Positions 16,280 through 23,779 of a stretch of 27,214 nt of DNA are shown piece by piece. The stretch is from Arcobacteraceae bacterium. Its GTDB lineage: Bacteria; Campylobacterota; Campylobacteria; Campylobacterales; Arcobacteraceae. The DNA lies in contig CBDCZH010000011.1 in NCBI GenBank assembly GCA_965224485.1, positions 1-27,214 on the forward strand, in the 5' to 3' direction. The translations under genes and the position numbers were made by a program. The notes under the pieces are model-generated. The model did not search any database. It was not told the origin of the DNA and saw only the letters and a program-made list of their open reading frames with translations. Within the stretch, counting starts at the first letter, position 1; the number at the start of each line of letters is the position of its first letter.

Positions 16280-17083
16280 TTATGATTTTAAAGCTTTTCT
16301 CATACTCTCAATAAGCTCAGAACTTGCTTTTTCTTTTGTAAATAGTTCAAATGCTAAGACACCTTGATATAAAAGCATATCTTCTCCATCTTTTGTTTTT
16401 AACCCTTCAATTTTTGCTAATTTTAAAAATGGAGTTTCTTTTCCATAAATACAGTCAAAAGCATTTGTAGAGTTTAAAAATATATTTTCTAATCTGGTTT
16501 TATTACAAGGATATAAATCATCTTTAAGCCCAGCACTAGTAGAGTTTACAACTAAATCAAAGTTATCCATTCTAAAACTATCCCAGGTATAAGTAATCAT
16601 TCCTTGTTTTTTAAAAAATTCAAGTTTATCTTTACTTCTGTTTAAAATATAAACTTCTTTATTCTCATGCTTTAAAGCAATAGCTATAGCTCGAGCTGTT
16701 CCTCCAGCACCTATAATTAAAACTTTTTCTAAATCACCAAAATATTTTATGGCTTTTAAAAATCCTGGAGCATCTGTATTATATGCAAGAATTTTTTTAT
16801 TCTCTTTTACATAAGTATTAACAGCACCTATTTCTTTTGCAATTCCTATAACTTCATCTGCTTGTTTATAAGCTTCTTCTTTATGGGGAACTGTAATATT
16901 AGCACCTTTAAAATTATTTGCTAAAAAAACAGATTTTAATTTTTTACCATCTTTTAAATGATTGATTTCATAATTTGCATCTAGAGCTATTTTTTTAAAT
17001 CCAGCATTATGCATTTGAGGAGATTTTGAGTGCTCAACTGGGTCTCCAAAAATTGCAAATTTTAAGCTAGTGTTTTCTGGCAT
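16280..17083 (-). CDS. aroE: Shikimate dehydrogenase
   Basis: GDPVEHSKSPQMHN, GANITVPHKE, IGAVNT, NTDAPG, GAGGTA, MLLYQG. Confidence 0.96.
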   Translation of the reverse strand: MPENTSLKFAIFGDPVEHSKSPQMHNAGFKKIALDANYEINHLKDGKKLKSVFLANNFKGANITVPHKEEAYKQADEVIGIAKEIGAVNTYVKENKKILAYNTDAPGFLKAIKYFGDLEKVLIIGAGGTARAIAIALKHENKEVYILNRSKDKLEFFKKQGMITYTWDSFRMDNFDLVVNSTSAGLKDDLYPCNKTRLENIFLNSTNAFDCIYGKETPFLKLAKIEGLKTKDGEDMLLYQGVLAFELFTKEKASSELIESMRKALKS

Positions 17084-17126
17084 CTATTTCCTTTTGTATA
17101 TTCAAAATATTTATAATAAGATTGCG

Positions 17127-17135
17127 ATTTTATCA
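17127..17135 (-). promoter_or_regulatory. Extended -10 (TGaTAAAAT) for the aroE operon
   Basis: Reverse complement of ATTTTATCA, about 44 nt upstream of the aroE start. Confidence 0.5.
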
Positions 17136-17182
17136 AAATTATTCTAAGATAGAATTAAATTAATTAAAGTAAAATCTAACAA

Positions 17183-17881
17183 ATGGTAAAAAGAGAAAAT
17201 ATAATGATAAAAGTAAACACATTCTTTACAAAAATAGAAGATGGGAATCTTGCCTTTCATGTGGGTGATGATGAAAAAGATGTTATGAGAAACCATAAAA
17301 ATTTAAGTATAAAATATAATTACAATATAAAAAATTTAAGACATATGAATCAAATTCATAGTAATAATATTGAAATTATTACAAAAAAAAGTGATACTTT
17401 AATTTCTTCTTGTGATGCTTTGATTACAAAAGAGGTAAATATTGCTTTAATGGTCATGGTTGCTGATTGTATTCCTATTTTAATGTATGATGAAAAAAAA
17501 GGTGTTATTGCAGCTATTCATGCAGGACGAAATTCAACTTTCTTAAAAATTACGCAACTTAGTGCTTTAAAAATGATAAATGAATTCTCTTGTAATAAAA
17601 ATGATATAAAAGTAATCTTAGGACCTAGTATTCAAAAATGCTGTTATGAAGTAGATTCTGTCTTAAGAGATATAGTAAAAAATAGTTTTGGCGAAGAATT
17701 TATATATAAAAAAAATATAGACTTACAGGCTATAAATATAAAAGTACTTAAAAATATTGGTATTAATAATATTGAAGTGTCTAAAATCTGTACAAAATGC
17801 AATTCTGAAGAGTACTTTTCTTATAGAAGTAATAATAATTGTGGTAGGTTTGCTGGAATAATAGAAATAAAAGCTAAATAA
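17183..17881 (+). CDS. pgeF: PgeF/YfiH family (peptidoglycan editing factor / purine nucleoside phosphorylase)
   Basis: NLAFHVGD, QIHS, CDALIT, ADCIPI, AAIHAGR, GPSIQKCCYEV, FSYR. The start could alternatively be ATG 17204. Confidence 0.92.
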   Translation: MVKRENIMIKVNTFFTKIEDGNLAFHVGDDEKDVMRNHKNLSIKYNYNIKNLRHMNQIHSNNIEIITKKSDTLISSCDALITKEVNIALMVMVADCIPILMYDEKKGVIAAIHAGRNSTFLKITQLSALKMINEFSCNKNDIKVILGPSIQKCCYEVDSVLRDIVKNSFGEEFIYKKNIDLQAINIKVLKNIGINNIEVSKICTKCNSEEYFSYRSNNNCGRFAGIIEIKAK

Positions 17882-17998
17882 TCATTAGAATTGATGTATA
17901 AATAATGTACAAATAGTGTAAGTTTTATGTTAATCTAATACTTAAAATAATATAAAATGAATAGTTTTATTAAGATTAGTTTAAATTAAGTTCCTTTT

Positions 17999-18007
17999 TG
18001 TTACAAT
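17999..18007 (+). promoter_or_regulatory. Extended -10 (TGtTACAAT) for the malic enzyme gene
   Basis: 27 nt upstream of ATG; AAAGGTGG SD downstream. Confidence 0.55.
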
Positions 18008-18034
18008 TCGAAACTTAAATTACAAAGGTGGACT

Positions 18035-19300
18035 ATGATTATGAATAAAACTGTTACTAAAGAGGAATCATTAGATTATCATGAATTTCCAATTCCTGGT
18101 AAAATTGCACTTGATACAACTACTTCTTTAGAAACTCAAAGAGATTTATCTTTAGCCTATACTCCAGGTGTTGCTTATCCATGTTTAGAAATAGAAGCTA
18201 ATCCTGAGAATGCTTATAAATATACTGCAAAAAGAAACTTAGTTGCAGTAATCTCAAATGGTACAGCCGTTCTTGGACTTGGAAATATTGGAGCTTTAGC
18301 TTCAAAACCAGTAATGGAAGGTAAGTCAGTTTTATTTAAAAAGTTTGCAGCTATTGATTCGTTTGATATTGAAATAGATGAAGAAGGTGCTGAAAAGTTC
18401 ATACAAGTTTGTAAGGCAATTTCTCCAACATTTGGAGGAATAAATCTTGAAGATATTAAATCACCTGAGTGTTTTGAAATTGAGAGAAGATTAATTGATG
18501 AATTAGATATTCCTGTTATGCATGATGATCAACATGGTACTGCTATTATTACAACAGCTGGACTTATTAATGCTTGTGATTTAGTTGGTAAAAAACTAGA
18601 AGACTTAAAAGTTGTAGTTGTAGGTGCTGGGGCTGCTGCTATTTCTTGTTCAAGAATGTATAGAACAATGGGTGTTAAGAATATTATTATGTGTGATTCA
18701 AAAGGTGTTATTCATGATTCTCGTACAGACTTAAATAAATTCAAAAAAGAATTTTCTATAAAAGAAGAGATGAGTAAAATGGATGCTTTTAGAGGTGCTG
18801 ATGTTGTTCTTGGTCTTTCAAGACCTGGAACATTTACTCAAGAACATATTTCTGTTATGGCTGATGAACCAATTGTATTTGCTCTATCAAATCCAACACC
18901 AGAACTTTTTCCTGAAGAAATTTTAGAAATCAGAGATAAGGCAATAGTTGGAACCGGAAGAAGTGATTTTAATAATCAAGTAAATAATGTAATTGGGTTT
19001 CCATTTATTTTTAGAGGTGCCTTAGATGTACAAGCTAAAAAAATTAATATGGCTATGAAAAAAGCTGCAGCTTATGCTATTGCTGATCTTGCTAAAAAAC
19101 CAGTTCCTCAAAATATAAAAGATATTTTTGGAGATCATATTGTTTATTCTAAAGAGTATATTATTCCAAAAGCTTTTGATAAAAGACTTATAGTAGAAGT
19201 ATCAAGTGCAGTTGCAAAAGCAGCTGTTGACTCAGGTGTTTCTAGAATTAAGAATTTTAACTTAGAAGAGTATAAAGAAAAACTTTCAAAAATGATATAA
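18035..19300 (+). CDS. NAD(P)-dependent malic enzyme (MaeB N-terminal type, no phosphotransacetylase domain)
   Basis: DLSLAYTPGVA, NGTAVLGLGNIG, KPVMEGK, GGINLEDI, HDDQHGTA, GAGAAA, FALSNPTPE, NQVNNV. Confidence 0.95.
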   Translation: MIMNKTVTKEESLDYHEFPIPGKIALDTTTSLETQRDLSLAYTPGVAYPCLEIEANPENAYKYTAKRNLVAVISNGTAVLGLGNIGALASKPVMEGKSVLFKKFAAIDSFDIEIDEEGAEKFIQVCKAISPTFGGINLEDIKSPECFEIERRLIDELDIPVMHDDQHGTAIITTAGLINACDLVGKKLEDLKVVVVGAGAAAISCSRMYRTMGVKNIIMCDSKGVIHDSRTDLNKFKKEFSIKEEMSKMDAFRGADVVLGLSRPGTFTQEHISVMADEPIVFALSNPTPELFPEEILEIRDKAIVGTGRSDFNNQVNNVIGFPFIFRGALDVQAKKINMAMKKAAAYAIADLAKKPVPQNIKDIFGDHIVYSKEYIIPKAFDKRLIVEVSSAVAKAAVDSGVSRIKNFNLEEYKEKLSKMI

Positions 19301-19317
19301 AACTATTTAAAGAACTT

Positions 19318-19356
19318 AATGGTATTATTTTGAAATAATTTTGAAATAATACCATT
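19318..19356. other. Long AT-rich inverted repeat (terminator-like or regulatory hairpin) just upstream of the purU SD
   Basis: 13-bp perfect arms AATGGTATTATTT / AAATAATACCATT, extendable to 18 bp with two G.U pairs. Confidence 0.6.
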
Positions 19357-19369
19357 TTATAGGAAGAAA

Positions 19370-20203
19370 ATGAAAGAATATATACTTCTAATTGATACTA
19401 CAGATGCAAAAGGACTTGTTTATAATATATCCAAGGTTTTATTTGCAAATAATCTAAATATAGAACAAAATACAGAGTTTGTTGATAAAGAGAGTCAAAA
19501 GTTTTTTATGAGAACTGTTTTATCTGGAAAAATAAATGAAAGCTTACTTTTAAAAGAGTTAAGCGAACTTTTACCTCCTGAGTCACAAATAAAACTACGA
19601 GTTAAATCAAAGAAAGACATTGTAATACTAGCAACAAAAGAATCCCATGTTTTAGGTGATTTACTAATTAAATATATTGATGGTGAGCTTAATGCAAATA
19701 TAAAAGCAGTTATTGCAAATCATGAATATTTACGACCTTTAGTTGAAAAATTTGATATTCCTTTTGTTTGTATTAGTGCCCAAGATATGCAAAGAGACAG
19801 ACACGAAGAGTTAATAAGTAAAGAAATAAAAGAATATAACCCTGAAATTATTGTTCTTGCAAAATACATGAGAATATTAACCTCAAACTTTGTAAAAACT
19901 TTTGAAAAAAAGATTTTAAATATACATCATAGCTTTTTACCAGCTTTTATAGGTGCAAACCCTTATAAACAAGCACATCATCGAGGTGTTAAGATTATTG
20001 GAGCTACTGCTCATTATGTTACAGATGATTTAGATGAAGGTCCAATCATTTCACAAGATATACTAAGAGTTGATCATACCTTATCTTGGCAAGATATGAG
20101 AAAAGCTGGAAAAAATGTTGAAAAAGTTGTTTTATCAAATGCTTTAGATCTTTTATTAGAAGATAAGGTTTTTGTTTTTAATAATAAAACAGTTATTTTA
20201 TAA
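19370..20203 (+). CDS. purU: Formyltetrahydrofolate deformylase
   Basis: N-terminal ACT domain (DAKGLV, FFMR), LAKYMRIL, NIHHSFLPAFIGANPYKQA, RGVKIIGATAHYVT, LDEGPII. Confidence 0.97.
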   Translation: MKEYILLIDTTDAKGLVYNISKVLFANNLNIEQNTEFVDKESQKFFMRTVLSGKINESLLLKELSELLPPESQIKLRVKSKKDIVILATKESHVLGDLLIKYIDGELNANIKAVIANHEYLRPLVEKFDIPFVCISAQDMQRDRHEELISKEIKEYNPEIIVLAKYMRILTSNFVKTFEKKILNIHHSFLPAFIGANPYKQAHHRGVKIIGATAHYVTDDLDEGPIISQDILRVDHTLSWQDMRKAGKNVEKVVLSNALDLLLEDKVFVFNNKTVIL

Positions 20204-20241
20204 GTTATTTAAGTTAGTAAGTTGGTAGGTTGGTAGGTTTT
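20201..20241 (+). repeat. Degenerate 8-bp tandem repeat x5 (TAAGTTATT, TAAGTTAG, TAAGTTGG, TAGGTTGG, TAGGTTTT)
   Basis: Read directly; begins at the purU stop codon. Confidence 0.65.
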
Positions 20242-20266
20242 GAGTTTATAAGTTGCTTATAAACTC
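20242..20266. terminator. Hairpin between convergent genes, probable terminator
   Basis: Perfect 11-bp stem GAGTTTATAAG-ttg-CTTATAAACTC; weak U-tract. Confidence 0.6.
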
Positions 20267-20272
20267 GTTTAA

Positions 20273-20704
20273 CTATTTAACTTCTAGGGCTAGGTAAAAA
20301 GTTGTAATATTTATATTTTTATCATAAGTATCACTTTTAGGAGAAGAAAATTTTTCAATAATACTTTTTGCTTTAGTATATGAAATAGTAGTTTCTAATA
20401 TCTCTTTTTTATCACTTGGTCTAACAAAGTTTGTATCATGTGTTTTTTTAAAACTTGCAGCTCTTGCATCATTTGTAATTGTATATTTAATAATATTTAT
20501 ATCTCTTTTTACATCAATTCTAACTTTTTTATTTTCATCTTCAAATCGTAAAATTCTATTTCCATTAGATGAAATTTTCATTGTTGTTGCACTTAAAACA
20601 TCATCTGCTTTTTCTAACAGTATATACTCTTTTTGGTTTATTAAAACTACATCATTATCTAATAATTTAATCTCTTTGATAAGTGTTTTTTTGCCTTTGG
20701 CCAT
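20273..20704 (-). CDS. Hypothetical protein
   Basis: 143-aa Lys-rich ORF with AAGGA SD and minus-strand TATAAT at 20736-20731. No recognised motif. Confidence 0.7.
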   Translation of the reverse strand: MAKGKKTLIKEIKLLDNDVVLINQKEYILLEKADDVLSATTMKISSNGNRILRFEDENKKVRIDVKRDINIIKYTITNDARAASFKKTHDTNFVRPSDKKEILETTISYTKAKSIIEKFSSPKSDTYDKNINITTFYLALEVK

Positions 20705-20822
20705 TTTATATTTCCTTATATTAATAAAAGATTATATCTAAGTTATAATCTATTTAAGATTTGTCTTACTTGATTTATAGCCATGCTTAAGCCTAAGCTT
20801 CAATGCGATTTAATAAAAGTGA

Positions 20823-20831
20823 TGTTATAGT
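20823..20831 (+). promoter_or_regulatory. Extended -10 (TGtTATAGT) for trmL and the downstream two-component genes
   Basis: Motif match about 63 nt upstream of the trmL ATG. Confidence 0.4.
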
Positions 20832-20894
20832 TGCGAATAAAAAAAGAAGTAGATTTTATTACTTATTTATTACTATTGTTGGAGAAAGATTATA

Positions 20895-21365
20895 ATGTTT
20901 AATTTAGTTTTATTAGAACCTAGAATGCCTGGAAATGTTGGTACTATTGGACGTCTTGCTTATGCCCTTGACTGTACCTTACATTTAATTAAACCTTATG
21001 GTTTTGGAGAAATTACTCAAAAAGAAGTAAAACGAGCTGGTTTGGATTATTGGGAACACTTAGATGTAAAAGAGTATGAAAATATTGAAGATTTTTGGAG
21101 TAAAAATCCTTTTTGCAAGAGACATTTTTTTGCTACAACTAAAACAAAAAAGAACTATTTTGATGCTAAATTTGAAGCAGGGGATTATATTTATTTTGGA
21201 CGTGAAGATGCTGGGTTACCAGAAGTTTTACTTGATAAGAATAAAGAGGGTTGTATAACTATTCCTATGAGTAATGAAGCTAGAAGTTTAAATATTGCTA
21301 ATAGTGTATCAATTATTGCATATGAAGCGTTAAGACAAAACTATAAAGATTTTAAAAGAAGTTAA
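20895..21365 (+). CDS. trmL: tRNA (cytidine/uridine(34)-2'-O)-methyltransferase, SPOUT family
   Basis: PRMPGNVGTIGR, LHLIKPYGF, KRAGLDYW, FGREDAGLP, IPM...RSLNIANSV. Confidence 0.95.
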   Translation: MFNLVLLEPRMPGNVGTIGRLAYALDCTLHLIKPYGFGEITQKEVKRAGLDYWEHLDVKEYENIEDFWSKNPFCKRHFFATTKTKKNYFDAKFEAGDYIYFGREDAGLPEVLLDKNKEGCITIPMSNEARSLNIANSVSIIAYEALRQNYKDFKRS

Positions 21366-21386
21366 TACCTAATTTAGGAGAGTTTT

Positions 21387-22046
21387 TTGTTTAATATTTT
21401 ATTATTAGAAGATGATGCCCTTTTTGCACAAAGTTTAGAAGACTTTTTAGATGAAGAAGGTTTTGCTGTTGATATTGCTATTAATGGACAAATAGCCTTA
21501 GACCTTAATTATGAAAAAAATTATGATTTATATTTGTTTGATATCAATGTTCCATTAATCAATGGTTTGGATTTATTAAAAGAGTTAAGACAAGCAGGTG
21601 ATATAACACCTACAATATTTTTAACTTCATATAAAGATAAAGAAACCTTACAAAAAGGTTTTTTACTTGGAGCTGATGATTATTTAAAAAAACCTCTTGA
21701 TATGGATGAACTTATTTTACGAATTAAGTCATTATTAAAAAGAGCTGGTAAACAAATGCAAAATATTGATTTAGGTGAGGGTTTGATTTTTAAAGCAGAT
21801 AATAAACGCTTATTTAAAAATGATGTTGATTTAAATTTATCCATAAAAGTAATACAGCTTTTAGAATTATTTTTAGAACATAGAAAACAAATCATAACAA
21901 AAGCTATGATTGTTTCAAAACTATGGAATACTCATGAAGAGTATAGTGAAGGATCAATTAGAGTATATATTAATAATTTAAAAAAACTTTTAGGAAAAGA
22001 TAAAATTATTAACATAAAAGGAATTGGATACAAATTTGAGTTCTAA
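21387..22046 (+). CDS. OmpR/PhoB-family response regulator
   Basis: LLEDD, FDINVP, GADDYLKKP receiver; winged helix SIRVYINNLKK...IKGIGYKF; TTG start with AGGAG SD. Confidence 0.93.
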   Translation: MFNILLLEDDALFAQSLEDFLDEEGFAVDIAINGQIALDLNYEKNYDLYLFDINVPLINGLDLLKELRQAGDITPTIFLTSYKDKETLQKGFLLGADDYLKKPLDMDELILRIKSLLKRAGKQMQNIDLGEGLIFKADNKRLFKNDVDLNLSIKVIQLLELFLEHRKQIITKAMIVSKLWNTHEEYSEGSIRVYINNLKKLLGKDKIINIKGIGYKFEF

Positions 22047-22884
22047 AAAAAGAATTTTTTTAATATCTCAATCAATAGTTGTGATTTTTACTATTGTTAT
22101 TATTTTAGTTGCTAATTATTTTTTAATATCATTTTTTGGTTTTACACAAAGACATTTTGTTTATATTTCAGCTTTTTTAGTATTTTTTGGCTTACTTTTG
22201 TATCTAAAATTATCAAAACCCTTATTTGAGCCTTTATTGCAAAGTGATGATAATCTTCAAAAAGCAGTAAAAGAAACCTTACATGAGCTTAATATCCCTG
22301 TTTCTACTATTTTATTAAATACTAAATTATTGGAAAAAAAACTAAATGATGAAAAAAGTTTAAAAAGGTTAAAAAGAATAGAAGAAGCTAGTTTAAACTT
22401 ATTAGAACTTTATAATGAGATGGAATATTCTATAAAAAAAGAAATTGATAAAATTGAAAGTGAAGAGTTTGACTTAAAAGAACTTTTAGCCTTATCTTTA
22501 AATAAAGTAGAAGATATAAAAAATGAACTAATAGTTCATAATAATGTTTCTTCTCTATGCTTATTTACAGATAAAAATGGTTTCAAAAAAATTATAAATA
22601 ATCTACTTTCAAATGCTATAAAATACAATAAAAAAAATGGTTTTATAAAAATAAATTTAGAAGAAAATATTTTAAGTTTCTATAATAGTGGAAAAATAAT
22701 AGAAACACAAAATTTATTTATTATTTTTGATAAGTATTATCAAGAAGACTCTTCTAAAAATGGTTTTGGTTTAGGTTTAAACATAGTAAAAGAATTTTGT
22801 GATAAAAATAGTATAATTATTAAAATTCAAGCTTTAGATGATGGAACAAGAGTTCAGCTAGATTTGAGCAAAGTTTTAAAATAA
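22024..22884 (+). CDS. Sensor histidine kinase with two closely spaced TM helices (HisKA + HATPase_c)
   Basis: H box LHELNIP, N box NLLSNAIKY, IFDKYYQ, GFGLGLNIV. The start may be TTG 22036. Confidence 0.92.
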   Translation: MDTNLSSKKRIFLISQSIVVIFTIVIILVANYFLISFFGFTQRHFVYISAFLVFFGLLLYLKLSKPLFEPLLQSDDNLQKAVKETLHELNIPVSTILLNTKLLEKKLNDEKSLKRLKRIEEASLNLLELYNEMEYSIKKEIDKIESEEFDLKELLALSLNKVEDIKNELIVHNNVSSLCLFTDKNGFKKIINNLLSNAIKYNKKNGFIKINLEENILSFYNSGKIIETQNLFIIFDKYYQEDSSKNGFGLGLNIVKEFCDKNSIIIKIQALDDGTRVQLDLSKVLK

Positions 22885-23666
22885 GATAATTTTTCTTCAT
22901 ATTCTTTTAAAACTTTTATATTATTATGCTTTTTTGCCCCTTTTAGTAAAATCGTAAGTTTATATATAAGCTCTTCTACAACTTCTTGTTTATATTTTGT
23001 ATTTATATGTTTTTCTAAGGCTTTTATTCTATATGTATCTATAAGTTTTGTACTAAAAGATAATTGATTCTCATGTCCTGCATATTTATTTACAAGTTCT
23101 TCTTTTATAAAAGCTATTTTATACTTATATAAAATTCTAAGCCATAAATCATAATCTTCACAAGCTCTTAAACTTTCATCAAAGAAAGAAATATCTTCAA
23201 AAATACTTTTATGACAAAAAAAGCTTGAAACTCCTATTTTACAAAGTCGAAGTGAGTTGATAAATGTTGGTTCTTCTTTTTCTTGATAAGACTTAAGTTT
23301 TATTATTTTATTGTTTCTTATCCATGTTTCTTCAGAATAAGAAGCTAAAATTTTTGTATCTTTTTTATGTAAATTAACATGGGTTTTTATCTTATTCTTA
23401 TTCCACGTATCATCTGAATCTAAAAATGCAAGCCAAGGGTTTCTTGCCTCTTTTATACCTATATTTCTAGCAGTAGAAACTCCTTGATTTTTGATATATA
23501 TGTATTTTATATTAAAACCCTCTAAAACTTCAGCTGTATTGTCACTTGAACCATCGTCAACTACAATAATTTCATCAATTTTTAAAGATTGCTCTTGCAC
23601 ACTTTGTATACTTTTTAAAACAAGTGCTGCTCTGTTATATGTAGGGATTATTACGCTTATTTTCAT
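22854..23666 (-). CDS. Glycosyltransferase family 2 protein
   Basis: ISVIIPTYNR, VVDDGSSD, GVSTARNIG, FLDSDD, CEDYDLWLR. Overlaps the convergent kinase gene by 31 nt. Confidence 0.93.
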   Translation of the reverse strand: MKISVIIPTYNRAALVLKSIQSVQEQSLKIDEIIVVDDGSSDNTAEVLEGFNIKYIYIKNQGVSTARNIGIKEARNPWLAFLDSDDTWNKNKIKTHVNLHKKDTKILASYSEETWIRNNKIIKLKSYQEKEEPTFINSLRLCKIGVSSFFCHKSIFEDISFFDESLRACEDYDLWLRILYKYKIAFIKEELVNKYAGHENQLSFSTKLIDTYRIKALEKHINTKYKQEVVEELIYKLTILLKGAKKHNNIKVLKEYEEKLSYFKTLLKSS

Positions 23667-23671
23667 AACTA

Positions 23672-23680
23672 ATTATATCA
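23672..23680 (-). promoter_or_regulatory. Extended -10 (TGaTATAAT) 5 nt upstream of the GT2 ATG
   Basis: Minus strand reads TGATATAAT-TAGTT-ATG; no SD. Confidence 0.6.
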
Positions 23681-23716
23681 TAAAAACTTATGTTAATTAA
23701 AACTTAAATATATATA

Positions 23717-23759
23717 TTAATATTAATTTAACAAAAAATTAACAAAGTATCTTTATACT
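23717..23759 (+). promoter_or_regulatory. TonB receptor promoter: TTAA(C/T)A direct repeats at 11-bp period plus TATACT -10
   Basis: TTAATA 23717, TTAACA 23728, TTAACA 23739; TATACT 23754-23759; AAGGA SD. Confidence 0.45.
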
Positions 23760-23779
23760 TTCAAAAAATAAGGAATTTT

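Noticed and set aside
18035..19300. Malic enzyme lacking the MaeB phosphotransacetylase domain as a possible truncation
   Set aside because: Clean stop with no remnant downstream; stand-alone malic enzymes of about 420 aa are common.
20201..20266. Repeat plus hairpin as a CRISPR array or MITE
   Set aside because: Units are 8 bp with no spacers; there are no cas genes, target-site duplication or second copy in the window.
20783..20830. 15-codon ORF (MLKPKLQCDLIKVML) and a CGATTT sigma28-like -10 upstream of trmL
   Set aside because: No SD for the ORF and no correctly spaced sigma28 -35; the region is better explained as a sigma70 promoter.
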